A stretch of 63,832 nt of DNA, filler included, from Basidiobolus ranarum (GCA_040143965.1; 38 parts of 38 records of this genome joined end to end with filler, not necessarily neighbours in it); one strand, 5' to 3'. Counted from the whole stretch's first letter, positions 50,529-62,727 are shown. The notes: a model not told the origin generated them from the letters alone. Numbers and translations: made by a program.

Positions 50529-52104
50529 GGATAGAATTATTACAACAAGGGAATTGGAGGCAGAACACCATAATGATTTGTATGCAATTATAAGTAAACA
50601 CTTCAAAGTTGGCATAAAGGCCATGACAAGCAATAAGGCTGCAATAGGGCAATTAATGCAATGTTTGGAGCAACTAGTTAACAGTTAGAGAGTCACTCAA
50701 CCAAAATTGGAAAGTTTATTCTCATTGTAAATGGTAAAAAGAGTCAGCTATTTGCCAAGTGTCAGTGCTATTCAAAATTTCAGATGTTTAGTAATTACTC
50801 CACTGTTAGTTTGATTGTAAAGCATATTGATGTTATTGAGTTATGTCTGATCAGTCAAGTATCTGCATATGTAGAGAGTAAACACAACAAGATTCTTGTA
50901 TTCTTTGACTCTTACTAAGGCTAGAATACAAAGCAAAAAATATCTAAATAAAGGCAGGCATATTCATTCAAATTCCTACAGCAGTAAACCCCATAATTTG
51001 CCATTCAAAAATTAGATTTTTGTGAAAATTGCTGGAAATTAAATGACACATGCTAAATATGAAAAACAATATTTTAACATGTATGAGTAACATCAAGATA
51101 CCATCAAAAAGCCACCATCACACCATCAAAGTCCCTGGCAGAATGCAAGCCACTAATATTGTAACAGTTCTCTGAAGGTATTGAAACTCCAAAGGGTGGA
51201 TCCATTCTGGATCAAATGAATACTATTTTTGTTAGGGCCCATTGCAGACAAAGTCCTTAGGCTAAAACAGGTATTTTGTGACCTTTATTGATGATGAGAC
51301 AAAATGTACTTGGGTTTACTTTCTGGCCTTTAAGGATGAAGCCTTTGATACCTTCAAGAAATTCAATGCAATAGTGGAGACTGCAACAGATCTAAAAATT
51401 AAGATTAGCCATTCCGATGATGGTGGAGAATGAAGGTAGTTTAATTACCGAAGGCTTATAAGTCATATGATCCTAACAGAAATTTGAGGATTGTTATCAT
51501 AGGAAAACCATCACAATTTTAATCCACTTGGGATTGACCATTTACTTACCATCATAAAATCATCAACTTAGACTTGATCCTAATCAATTTTTTCAGTTTC
51601 AGGAGTGAAATTTCAAGATCTTGCAAAATAGTTGCGCATGATTTGCATCAATCTCAGAGAACTATGGATCAACACATGTGCAAAAAACATAACTCAAATT
51701 TTACAAAATTACTACATGAATGCTAATTTGTCAACTTCAAAATCCCTAGTCTCTGTGATATATTCTCCTGAATATTTCTATAGAGCTCTTCATACCCAAG
51801 GTTTAGCTCATACCCAACACAAGTTTGTGTCAATATCTCCATCAAAGCCCACCATTGTATTAACATTGCTGAATCAACATTCTTCCAGATATGTGGCAGA
51901 TACCCTATGATAATGTGCCACTCTGTATTAAGTTCTTCCCAGATATCTGCATGGTCAACACCAGATTGAATGTCAAGTTGAATGTTCTTCTTCCGAAGCC
52001 ACTTTCTGCATACTTGTAATTCATTTTTCCCTTCACATTTTGAAAATAATCCTCAATCACTTTGACTATTTTTTTATGTCCTTGTAGTGTGACACTACTG
52101 AGGG
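50529..52104 (+). mobile_element. Mosaic: ORF2 piece, transposase 3' end with right terminus (to 51237), Copia integrase piece (51238-51430), left terminus (from 51471)
   Basis: TTTTTGTTAGGG ends at 51237; TFIDDETK and SDDGGE; TCCTAACAGAAATTTGAGG at 51471. Confidence 0.85.
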
Positions 52105-52204
52105 NNNNNNNNNNNNNNNNNNNNNNNNNNNNNNNNNNNNNNNNNNNNTTAATTAATTAANNNNNNNNNNNNNNNNNNNNNNNNNNNNNNNNNNNNNNNN
52201 NNNN

Positions 52205-52621
52205 AGATAGCTGGAAGAATGTTGATTCAGCAACATTAATACAATGGTGGGCTTTGATGGAGATATTGATACAAACTCATGTTGGGTATGAGCTAAACCT
52301 TGGGTATGAAGAACTGTATAAAAATATTCAGGAGAATATATCAAAGAGACTAGGGATTTCAAAGGTGACAAATTAGCATTCAAGTGGTAATTGTGTAAAA
52401 TTTGAGTTACGTTTTTCCCACATGTGTTGATCCATAGTTCTCTGAGATTTTAGCCAATCATGTGCAACTATTTTGCAAGATCTTGAAATTTCACCTGCAA
52501 AAAATTGATTAAAATCAAATCTAACTTGATGATTTTATGACGGTAAGTAAATGGTCAATCCCAAATGGAATAAAATTGTGATGGTTTTCCTATGATATCA
52601 ATCCTCAAATTTCTGTTAGGG
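52205..52621 (-). mobile_element. CMC left terminus inserted into a Gypsy element
   Basis: Ends TTTCTGTTAGGG at 52621. Confidence 0.88.
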
Positions 52622-53780
52622 TTACAGTCAGAAAGAATCTAGATGACAACCTATATACTAGGAGACAACCCATAGATCAACCTTCTGTAAGAATTTTACA
52701 AAAAACTCATGATGAACCACTTCCCAAGTTTAACAAGGAAACACCTACATTCACATACTATTCAGTGGCCACAGCCATAGTTAGTGGGCCTACTCATGGA
52801 GACCTTTTATGATGACATTATGATAGTGGGTCAGAGATTTGTGTGAGGCCAATGGACTTCTATAAGTCATTACCACGCAAACACTTGCTTCCAATGGATA
52901 CTGATATACACTGGAATATGTGTGATGCCAACACTGGAGTCTCTTCACTCTTAGGAGTCATTCATGCATTTCCCATCAACATACAAGGAGTAGAGCACAC
53001 TGTACCTGTCTTCATCTGCCAAAAAGCAAACTTCAACCTACTACTTGGAAGACCTTGGGAGACAAAAGCAAGAGCAATGGTGATGAATTACCCTGATGGA
53101 TCTGTTTGGTACACCATTTATGGAAGCAACCCAGGACTACTTGCCAACTTTGGTGGAGTACCAGCTACTGACCAGAGAACTCAAACTGAGTGCAGAAGCA
53201 CCATCAAAGAAGATACTTACTACCAAATACATCATACATCCAACTAAAACTTAGCTTGGGGAGCTGCTTTAGGACCTAGAGTACAAGAAGCCATTGTTAG
53301 GGCCAAGTATAAGACAGTTGCTACTAAAGTAGAAACTTCCCTTCAACCACAGACTGATGGAACCAGACCAGCCAATCTAGAAAGGGAGCCACTAGACAAC
53401 AACACTAGCATCAGACTAACTCCAGAGAGACTAGCTACTGTCAAGATTGGCAATGGCAACCTCAGCCCTCAGGAAGTTAAGCTATTCAGAGATATAATTG
53501 TCAGACATGACAGAGTCTTTGCATACAATGACCAGGAAATGGGATTACTACTGCCCTCAATTGAGAAACCAATAAAAATTCACACCATAGAACACACACC
53601 ATGGTCTTATAAACCTTACCCACTACCAAGAGGCCTGCAACCAGATGTACATGCACTTCTTAAGAGTAAGATTAAAGCTGGAATCCTAGAACCATGCTAT
53701 GGACCCTATGCCAATTGCTGGTTTGTCACAAAGAAGAAGAATGGCAAACTGAGATTCATACAAGACATGCAGCCAGCCAA
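52622..53780 (+). mobile_element. Ty3/Gypsy aspartic protease and start of RT
   Basis: YDSGSEI, NLLLGRPW, GILEPCYGPYANCWFVTKKKNGKLRFIQDMQP. Confidence 0.92.
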
Positions 53781-54128
53781 NNNNNNNNNNNNNNNNNNNN
53801 NNNNNNNNNNNNNNNNNNNNNNNNTTAATTAATTAANNNNNNNNNNNNNNNNNNNNNNNNNNNNNNNNNNNNNNNNNNNNGATGGCTACCTTTCTACAGC
53901 AAAGGAAACTACTTACTTTAGTCTCCATTGTTTGAAGTTAAACAGGTGTAAGTATAGATGTCAATTACGAATTTGAAGGCTGGAAGCAATATTTGTGAAT
54001 TACTTGTTAGCTTTATTCAGTACGGATTTAACTTTGCTTCAATAGATGCGTTCAGATATAGCTACATGATACTGTGTAATATATATTTCATCGCATCAGC
54101 TTGAAACAATGATAGAACGATGAATCGG

Positions 54129-54416
54129 CTAGTAGAAATATTCAGGTGGATAGTAAGGATATCCTGGGTAGAAATGACGACGACGCCACCAGAATGGACG
54201 GAAGCGTCTATGACGTCTCCAACCGCGGAATCGCAAGTCGGACTCCTCATCATCATTATCTGCGGTATCATCCCCAATGTCATCAGGTTGAATGTTGTCC
54301 AGTTCCCCGATAGCATTACCAGAATCTAAAGCAGTTGTGTCCGGAGAAGCTTCTTGAGCCGGAAGAGCACTCGCAAGGAGAAAAGCGGTAGATAAGAGAA
54401 CTAATTGAATTTTCAT
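54129..54416 (-). CDS. Secreted prepropeptide (95 aa): signal peptide, acidic pro-region and Arg/Trp/Tyr/Pro-rich C-terminal peptide
   Basis: MKIQLVLLSTAFLLASA / 15 D+E and no K or R / RFRGWRRHRRFRPFWWRRRHFYPGYPYYPPEYFY*; TATAAA near 54485; paralogue upstream. Confidence 0.85.
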   Translation of the reverse strand: MKIQLVLLSTAFLLASALPAQEASPDTTALDSGNAIGELDNIQPDDIGDDTADNDDEESDLRFRGWRRHRRFRPFWWRRRHFYPGYPYYPPEYFY

Positions 54417-55299
54417 TTTACGCACAGAAAATGATGCAGCGATATTGAGGATATTCTTTTGGAAGTAAACAGTTCTTTTCTTTTATAGTAATAGCTTCAT
54501 TTAATTATCTTGGCTATCAATTTATCTCTCAGCCTGGATGACTGTGGTTGAGCCTAAACATCCCTTTTTTAGTAGGACAGTAATAAATGTCACACCTGGC
54601 AATTAGAGGTAGAAAGAGATTATCTGACGTGGGTATGGGTATGATGGAAGGTAAATAGATGAGCAAAATGGGCTCATTGAAGGAATCTTGTTGCAAACAA
54701 ATATGTATGGAGCCATCCAATAATAGAGAAGCGGCGCGGGAATGACTATCATTCCGCTATATTCAACCAAGTAATTTGTTCCAAGCCATATTTCAATTTT
54801 TTAACTTTCAGGACTGTACTAGGCTACATGGTAATCTCTTTGAAATTTGCAATGTTATTGATCCATTTCCCTCGCTCGGAGTAATAAGCAAGTTGCTCCT
54901 CGAACATCTGCCTGCCTTCAAGTGATGGTAAGCTTAGGAGTAGACAATACTGACTTGACTCTTTATTTACTCGGAATAACCAAAAATATTTGGCGGATGA
55001 AAGCATGTTATCAAGCGGCGCATGATGCCATTATTTTGATCAAACAAGTAAGCACTTAGGGATGAAGGTGGCAGTAGAAATTTTTGTGAAACAGAACATT
55101 TGCTAGAGTTGATGACAATCATGGAATCTAACTGAATCTGAAAACTTGAGTTGATATATATGTAAATATCCTGTCAATTTTATTCTGTTGGTACTCTTGC
55201 ATGACTTCATTTCAAGACACCCATAGAAATACAACTACATGATACGGTCAAATTTATCACATCGTATCATATCCAAACTATGCTGGAGTGATAGATGAA

Positions 55300-55456
55300 C
55301 TAGTAGAAATATCCAGGTGGATAGTAGGGATATCTTGGGTAGAAATAAGGACGACGCCACCAGAATGGGCGGAAGCGTCTATGGCGTCTCCAACCGCGGA
55401 GTCGCAAGTCAGACTCCTCATCATCATTATCTGCAGAAATATCACCAATGTCATCA
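55300..55456 (-). CDS. Tandem paralogue of the Arg/Trp-rich prepropeptide, 3' part (absent from the ORF track)
   Basis: DDIGDISADNDDEESDLRLRGWRRHRRFRPFWWRRPYFYPRYPYYPPGYFY*; same stop position as the first copy. Confidence 0.85.
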
Positions 55457-55556
55457 NNNNNNNNNNNNNNNNNNNNNNNNNNNNNNNNNNNNNNNNNNNN
55501 TTAATTAATTAANNNNNNNNNNNNNNNNNNNNNNNNNNNNNNNNNNNNNNNNNNNN

Positions 55557-56936
55557 GTTTGGAAAATGATTGAAAACATCAAGATACCATCATATTTTAC
55601 CAGGACTCCCATCAGTATCCACTCATCTAGGCATTTATTCCAATGCAAAGAATGGAAGTGTTGGATTTGTGTATATTCAAGTAGAATCTTGAAAAGATTT
55701 CTCCTGATAAGTATTAGCAACTTTGGGAGTTATTTTTGGGTTTTGTTAATATATTCTTATGGCATCAACTCACATTGGCAGATCTCAGGCAGATACAGTG
55801 GCTGTGATAAGATTTTGTAATTGGATATGAAAAACTTTATTACAGGTGTAAAGAATATAGACTGAATCTTTGCCAGTATTCAGTACATTCCCTGTTGCAT
55901 CTTTCACAATGCTTAGAGATTATAGGCCCTTTCTATACATTCTGGGAGTTCCCGGTGGAGTGCACCTGTGGTAAAATAATGCTCCATGTGAAATTTTCAT
56001 TATCACCGTTTCTTAATCTGATTAACAATATATCAGTAAATCAATGATGGATGTAATGCCATGGGTAAAAGAGACTTCAGAGTAAATTGACCTTCCAACA
56101 AAGGGCTCTTTTCAATGTACTCATAGGTTTTGCATTGTTTACGCACAATAACAGCAACAAAGCCCAATTCATGGGCACAAAGTAAGTAACTCTATGATTT
56201 GAACTAATTTGTTTGTGTGATAATCTGAGCTATTTCTAGGAAAGCTGCAAGACAGACTTCTTGGTGATATAGATCAAGATCCACAGTATTATTGTTTTAG
56301 CCATGGCATAATCTATTCAAGCAAAGACAGATCTGCTTGTGGCAGGACATTTGTTGACTTCAAGTCAGGGATATATTGACCAAATTCTTAACCAAAAATT
56401 GCCAAAATCCAAGCGCTTATTCTCATTGTGAGTGGTAACAAGAGTTAGCTATTTGCCAAGTCTCAGTGCTATTAAAAATTTTAGATGTGTAGCAACTTTT
56501 CCACCAATGGTTTGCTGGTAACGCAAATTGATGTTGTTAAGTTTTGTCTAATCAGTCATGTACATGCATATGTAGAGACTAAACAAAACAGGATTCTTGT
56601 ATCTTTTGATCCTCATTATGGCTGGAATGCAAAGCCAAAAATATCTAAATAAAGGCATGCATACTAACTCAAATTCCTACAGCAGTAAACCCAGTAATTT
56701 AACATTCAAAATATATATTTTTTGCAAAAATTACCCAAATTAATAACACATGCCAAATTTGAGGATCAATGTTTAACATGTATGAATACCATCAAAATAT
56801 TGTCAAGAAACCACCATCACAACATTGAAATCCCTGGTAAAATGCAAGCCACTGATATTGTGATGATTCTCTGACAGTTTGGTGATTTGGAAGGGTTGAT
56901 CTGATCAGGATCAATTTGATTTTATCTTTGTTAGGG
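55557..56936 (+). mobile_element. CMC transposase C-terminus (intron 56182-56239) and right terminus
   Basis: IGPFYTFWEFPVEC; GTAAGT...AACTAAT...CTAG; ends TTTGTTAGGG at 56936. Confidence 0.88.
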
Positions 56937-57232
56937 CTGCACTTCCTATTTTGTGTGCTTCCTCCTGTTTCATTGACTCTACCTTTGTGAAATCACACTC
57001 TATCCTAATATTCAAGAAATCTAGTCAAGTCCTTGTAGACGTAATCAAAGTCAGGCTGATACCATCAGGTGATGTAACACATGGGACAACCTTCACAACA
57101 CTCATATGCACTGCTCATCTAGAAGAAATAGCNNNNNNNNNNNNNNNNNNNNNNNNNNNNNNNNNNNNNNNNNNNNTTAATTAATTAANNNNNNNNNNNN
57201 NNNNNNNNNNNNNNNNNNNNNNNNNNNNNNNN

Positions 57233-57950
57233 ACAAGATACACTTGGGTCTACTTTATGGAAAGAAAAGAAGAAGCTCTCTCTATCTTCAGAGATTTTAA
57301 AACACTTGTGGAGACTGAAACTGGAACTAAAATCAAGAAAATATGTACTGATAATGGTGGAGAATATACTTCAACACTATTTAAGCACTTTTGCAAAGTT
57401 CATGGAATTAAGCAAGAAACTACTGCTCCCTATTCACCTCAACAAAATGGAGTTGCGGAAAGAGCTAACAGGACTATAGTAGAAATAGCAAGATCTATGA
57501 TAAATGCACAAAATTTATCTCATAACCTTTGGGCAAAATCTGTTGCTACAGCTGTATATCTGAAGAATAGGAGTGTTACTAGTAGTCTGTCTAACTCTAC
57601 ACCATGTCAAGCTTGGTGTGTAGTTAAACCTGATGTAAAACATTTGTATATCTTTGGATGCATTGCTTATGTCACAATTATGACCAAAAATTGGTCTAAA
57701 TTTGATCCAAAAAGTAAGAAATGCATATTTCTGGGTTATTGTACTCATACTAAGGCCTACATACTCTATGATACCAAAGTTTTCAAGTTAATCAAGTCCA
57801 GGGATGTTTTGTTTAATGAAAATGAAAATTATTCATCCAAAATGACCTCAGATGATGACAAAAATCAATTTTCTCCTGATCCAATCATTCAAATTTATTC
57901 AAACCAAAATAATGAAGAAAATAGCATTCCTGTGGACCCTGCAACCAAAT
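57233..57950 (+). mobile_element. Ty1/Copia integrase core (open frame)
   Basis: CTDNGGEY, PYSPQQNGVAERANRT, IFGCIAY, SRDVLFNE. Confidence 0.95.
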
Positions 57951-58351
57951 TTTGCATAGTATATGTATGGTGTGGGATTGACTGAAATCCTGTATGAGAA
58001 TGGATGGAGGGAGCAGCATGTTGCTGTAGCTCAAGATCATCATTCTGAAGATCTTGTATCATTGTTGAGTGACTCTCTAACTGTTGACTAGTTGCTTCCA
58101 AACGCTGTATTAATTGTGATATTGCGGCATTATTGCTTGTCATGGCCTGTATAGCAACTTCATAGTTTTTACTTATGATTGCATACAAATCATTATGGTG
58201 TTCTGCCTGCAATTCCCTTATTGTAATAATTCTATCCAAATTTTCTATGGAGGGTTGTTCAATAGTGGGCAAAGTAGCCATTTTGGAAGTTGATGGTCTT
58301 GACAATGTTTTGGTTGAACTTTGCTCAACTATTGATGTACTACGTAATTGG
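57951..58351 (-). pseudogene. CMC ORF2 fragment (coiled-coil-like segment)
   Basis: ISQLIQRLEATSQQLESHSTMIQDLQ. Confidence 0.8.
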
Positions 58352-58808
58352 TGTTGAAGTTTATTGTCTTTATCATATATATTATCTCTATCTTTATACA
58401 CCTAACTATTTCATATATCACATATAAGTTAGTTAACATTACTTAGTTAAATATCACTTAGCTGAAAATCAGAACATATATTATATATGTATGTGAATAA
58501 TGTGAGAATTAGCAATTCCATATTGGAAATTTCAAACTCATCCAAATTGCCCTAAAGATAGCTCATTTTACTCCCACAGATGTTCTGAACACAACCCCAG
58601 TGTTAGCTTTCTATATTGCCACCAAAAAGTATAAATGCTTTATTTCTGGACAATAAGCAATTATCCTACAAAAGTTATTCACAACTCCACTTTTCTAAAG
58701 TTCCTCCAAACAGCCCATATTTTCCCAATGGGTTATGAGCCCCATGTTCTAACCTTTACAGCATGACAGAAACCACTACTACCACTTTTATTAACTCAAG
58801 TGTTGAAA
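58352..58808 (+). mobile_element. Ty1/Copia 5' end: complete LTR-A (58352-58730), PBS (58731-58742), gag start at 58763
   Basis: TGTTGAAG...CCCAATG, GGTTATGAGCCC, MTETTTTTFINSSVE. Confidence 0.9.
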
Positions 58809-58908
58809 NNNNNNNNNNNNNNNNNNNNNNNNNNNNNNNNNNNNNNNNNNNNTTAATTAATTAANNNNNNNNNNNNNNNNNNNNNNNNNNNNNNNNNNNN
58901 NNNNNNNN

Positions 58909-59894
58909 TTTAAACTTCCCAGTGCAGAGGAAAGTGAGGGGGAAGATTGTTGATCTTCAGGGGGCGACAACTCAGACTGACCCTGTCCAGACTCCATTTG
59001 TTCCTCATCAGCCTGACCAAGTGTATTTTCAGGTGGACTCTCAAGGGACTCATCTGGAGTTATTGTAGTTGGATCTGTAACTGCCCCACCCTCGTCAATA
59101 GGGTTTTGCTCATCTAGGCCTTGATCAGGTGGTGACTGCTCCTCAGGTTGGTTATCTAGGGATTCCTCTGGAGTTGGATCTATTTCAGCCTCATCCTCTT
59201 CGCTAGGGATTTGCTCATCCTGTTCTTGTTCAGGCGGTGATTGTTCATCAAGTTGATCTTCAAGTGGTTCCTCTGGTTCCGTTTCTACTGGAGCCTCTTC
59301 ATTATGGCTTTGTTCATCCTGAATCTGTTCAGGCTGTAGTTGTTCATCAACTTGTGGATTTTCCATTAAAATTGGCTGATTTTGAGTTGGGCCGCCAGTC
59401 GTTTCTATTGACTGGTAATCTTCGGCAGGAGTTCCCAACTGCCTATTTTGTTCTGGCTCCATTTGTATACCGGTGAGTTCTTGTGTGCTGGGGATATATC
59501 CCGAATCGAATGGAGTATCTGATTCACTTTGCTTTGCAGATGCTGATTTAGTAAACTCTCCGTCAACTTCTACACTAGGCCCAGTTTGATACTTAATACT
59601 GATATTTTTCTTGCGTTTAGCTTCAGCTGTATTGAGGTTATCGTGTTTTCTGGTGATGGTAGTGAATACTTGCTTCAATACTGGAGTTTGAGTATTTTCA
59701 CTTGCGAAAAATAAAGGGGCTTGTTGCATTTGTGGTCCTTGCTCACAAGGGCCCAAGTGCTGCTCACACGTCCTATCATTATAGCGAGTGGTTGCAAATG
59801 CGTTGGCTCCAGGGGCGAAGTAATTGACAGGTGTTGCATCTGTAGCTAAAATCAAAGCAGATGATGAAATTAACAAGGCGATGGCGAGTTGCAT
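58909..59894 (-). CDS. Secreted acidic Glu/Gln/Pro-rich low-complexity protein, 3'-truncated
   Basis: MQLAIALLISSSALILA signal peptide; more than 320 open codons; LDEQSPPEQ-like repeats. Confidence 0.85.
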
Positions 59895-60583
59895 ATTGAA
59901 ATTGTTGCATGAATGTTACGCTTCAAAGGTCACTTTTATTACTAAAATTTCAGTGTAAGTAATTGGGATGAAAATTGATAAAGAATAGTTACTTTTATTA
60001 CCAGTAAATGTAGAATTATTAATCCGCGAATTTTATATATACTAAACAATTTATTGATGCTGAGTGATCGAGTAATCATCTTCATTTGGTTGGCATTAAT
60101 ATGTCACTGTGGCAGTGTTCTAACTAATCACTGAAAACTAGGTAATCTCGGGCTGTATAAGCTATAGAGGTAGTTATAGACACTTCTTTGAACACAGATA
60201 CTAATACTTAATACTACTAAAGAAGTTATGATCTATCTGATCATCACGGTCAGTGTATCAAGAAGCATATTGGGTTTGCTTTACGGGTTACAGTTGTTTT
60301 AATAACAATCTTTACTTTAGCGGCCAAGGCTTAGTTTGGTATCTTTGTATGCTTTCTGGTGAAAGTTGCAACCAATCGAGCAATTCAAGCCTAGCATTGC
60401 GGAAGTGTTCTGGATCGCTAGATTTTGTCACTACGATGATCTGGACTTGGTTTTCTTATTTAGCAATAGACTTTTTCTATTTTNNNNNNNNNNNNNNNNN
60501 NNNNNNNNNNNNNNNNNNNNNNNNNNNTTAATTAATTAANNNNNNNNNNNNNNNNNNNNNNNNNNNNNNNNNNNNNNNNNNNN

Positions 60584-60770
60584 AGTTTGAAATTTCCAAT
60601 ATGTAATTGCTAATTCTCACATAATTCACATATATATAAAATATATTTTCCGATTTGCAGCTAAGTGATATTTGACTAAATAATGTTGACTAACTAATGT
60701 GTGATATATGAAATAGTTAGGTGTATAAAGATAGAGATAATAAATATGATAAAGACAATAAACTTCAACA
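60584..60770 (-). mobile_element. Copia LTR-A 5' part, inserted at the end of a chromovirus pol
   Basis: Ends AAACTTCAACA at 60770. Confidence 0.88.
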
Positions 60771-61196
60771 TTTCCGGGTAGGCTTCATGAAACTCCTAAC
60801 CAAGTTCATTAGAGTTGGAAAGGTTTGTTGCTAGCTCCCATGATTAATCATTTGTTGAGTATCCTTTCCAGCCCACTAAATATGGCAATTTACTTCAAAA
60901 AATTCTGGAATCTAGAATTTTGATAACTTCCTATTCAGAGTATTCTTCTACTTGGATTGCTGGGGGTGGGTCAATGGGTTGGCCTTGGAAGGTGTTTCTG
61001 GCATGTGGCTCCTGGAGAGACACATGGAATACATTGTGGACTTTGAAATGGTCTGGGAGTTCAAGGTGGAAAGCTACTGAATTGATTTGCTTGATAAGCT
61101 TAAAAGGCCCTAGTTTTTTATGATCAAGTTTGTCATAAGGTCTTGTGGTCTTGATATTTTTTTGGAGTAACCATACATAATCTCCTGGCTAGAGAT
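60771..61196 (-). mobile_element. Chromovirus integrase C-terminus and chromodomain, second copy
   Basis: Collinear with 48880-49295. Confidence 0.9.
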
Positions 61197-62135
61197 CCCT
61201 AACAAAAATAAAATCAATTTGATCTGATTTGATCCACCCTTCTGAATTGCAATGCTGTCAGAGAACAATCACATTATTGGTGGCTTGCATTCTGCCAGGG
61301 ATTCAGATGATGAGATGATGGCTTCTTGATGGTATTTTGCTAGTATTTATATGTGGTTAGATATTGATCCTCATGTTTGGCAAGCATTATTTAATTTTCA
61401 ACATTTTTTGCAAAAATCTAATTTTCAAATGGCAATTACTGGGTTTACTGCTATAGGAATTTGAATTAATGTGCATGCCTTTATTTGCATATTGTAGGCT
61501 TTGTATTACAGCCACAATGAGAGTCAAAAGAAACAAGAATCTTGTTGTGTTTAGTCTCTGCATATTCATATTCTTAACTGATCAAATATGACTCAACAAC
61601 ATCAATATGCTTTACCAGCAAACTAATGGTGGAAAATTGCTAAACAAATGAAATTTTGAATAGCACTGACACTTGGCAAATAGCTGATTCTTGTTACCAT
61701 GCACAGTGAGAATAAGCTCTTAGATTTTGGAAAATTTCCACAAAGAATTCAGCCAAAATAACCCTGACCTGAAGCAAACAAATGCCCCTCCACATGTAGA
61801 TGTGTCATTGCTTGAATAGATTACCCCATGGCTAAAACAATAATAATGTGCATCTTGCTCTATCTCGCCAAAAAGTCTGTCTTGCAGCTTTCCTAAAAGT
61901 ACCATCAGATTATCACACTAGCAAATTAGTCCAATTATAGAGGTTTTTACTCTGTGTCCATGGATTGGGCTTTGTTGTGGTTATTATGCTCAAACAATGT
62001 GAAAACCCGTGAGCACATTGAAAAGAGCCCTCTGTTGGCAAATTAATATACTCGGGAGTCTCCTTAACCCATTGCATTACATCCATCACTAATTTTGCTG
62101 AAACATTAGTAATCAGATTGGCATATGAAAATGCC
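61197..62135 (-). mobile_element. CMC right terminus and transposase 3' end
   Basis: CCCTAACAAAAATAAAATC at 61197; WVKETPEYINLP. Confidence 0.88.
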
Positions 62136-62379
62136 AATACTGGTGTTTTGGTTGAACTNNNNNNNNNNNNNNNNNNNNNNNNNNNNNNNNNNNNNNNNNN
62201 NNTTAATTAATTAANNNNNNNNNNNNNNNNNNNNNNNNNNNNNNNNNNNNNNNNNNNNGATATGATCCAGTATTGTCACAATATCTTAAAAGATTGATGT
62301 CTTGATTGTCACTTTGTTTAGATTAGTATTTAAGCTAAATAAAGTCCACACCATCTGGTGCTTTTCATCTCCCCCTAAG

Positions 62380-62727
62380 TGTTGAAATTAGCATTGCCTA
62401 AGCACCTATATAGTCATATATAGCTTAGTACTTAGTTATCTTATAATTCACTAAGATATCATCCATTATTTTCAATTGGAATTTACTTGGAATATTTTTA
62501 CCAACTTAGAAGTTCTCAGATATATAGATTTTTCAAACTAGTGCTAGAAGCCCCAAACTTTGCACACATGTACCTGGGACCTTTCTTCACACATTCTACA
62601 TACCAGTTTGTTTACATCTTGACAAAACTATAAACGTCAACTCTCTACTCAATAAATCAATAAGTGAAAACCACCAATTCCTCTAATTCTGGAAACCACT
62701 TCCAACAGGCTCCCAAAAACTTTTACA
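62380..62727 (+). mobile_element. Complete Copia LTR family C
   Basis: TGTTGAAATTAGC...CTTTTACA; 5' half matches 34816-34986 and 3' half matches 20262-20418. Confidence 0.8.

Noticed and set aside
53245-53247. Programmed read-through stop between Gypsy protease and RT
   Set aside because: The sister copy near 28207 has TCA at this codon, so the stop is most likely a mutation
54120-54329. Plus-strand ORFs MNRLVEIFRW and MIDELVEISRW (55288)
   Set aside because: They are antisense to the prepropeptide genes, which have the signal peptide and TATA box
1592-62258. Regularly spaced TTAATTAATTAA as a CRISPR-like array or biological repeat
   Set aside because: Always embedded in N44 runs and separating size-sorted contigs, so it is an assembly linker; ORFs ending in X...LIN are artefacts
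62380-62727. LTR-C as a clean solo LTR
   Set aside because: The flanking 5-mers (CTAAG versus AATTT) do not form a target-site duplication
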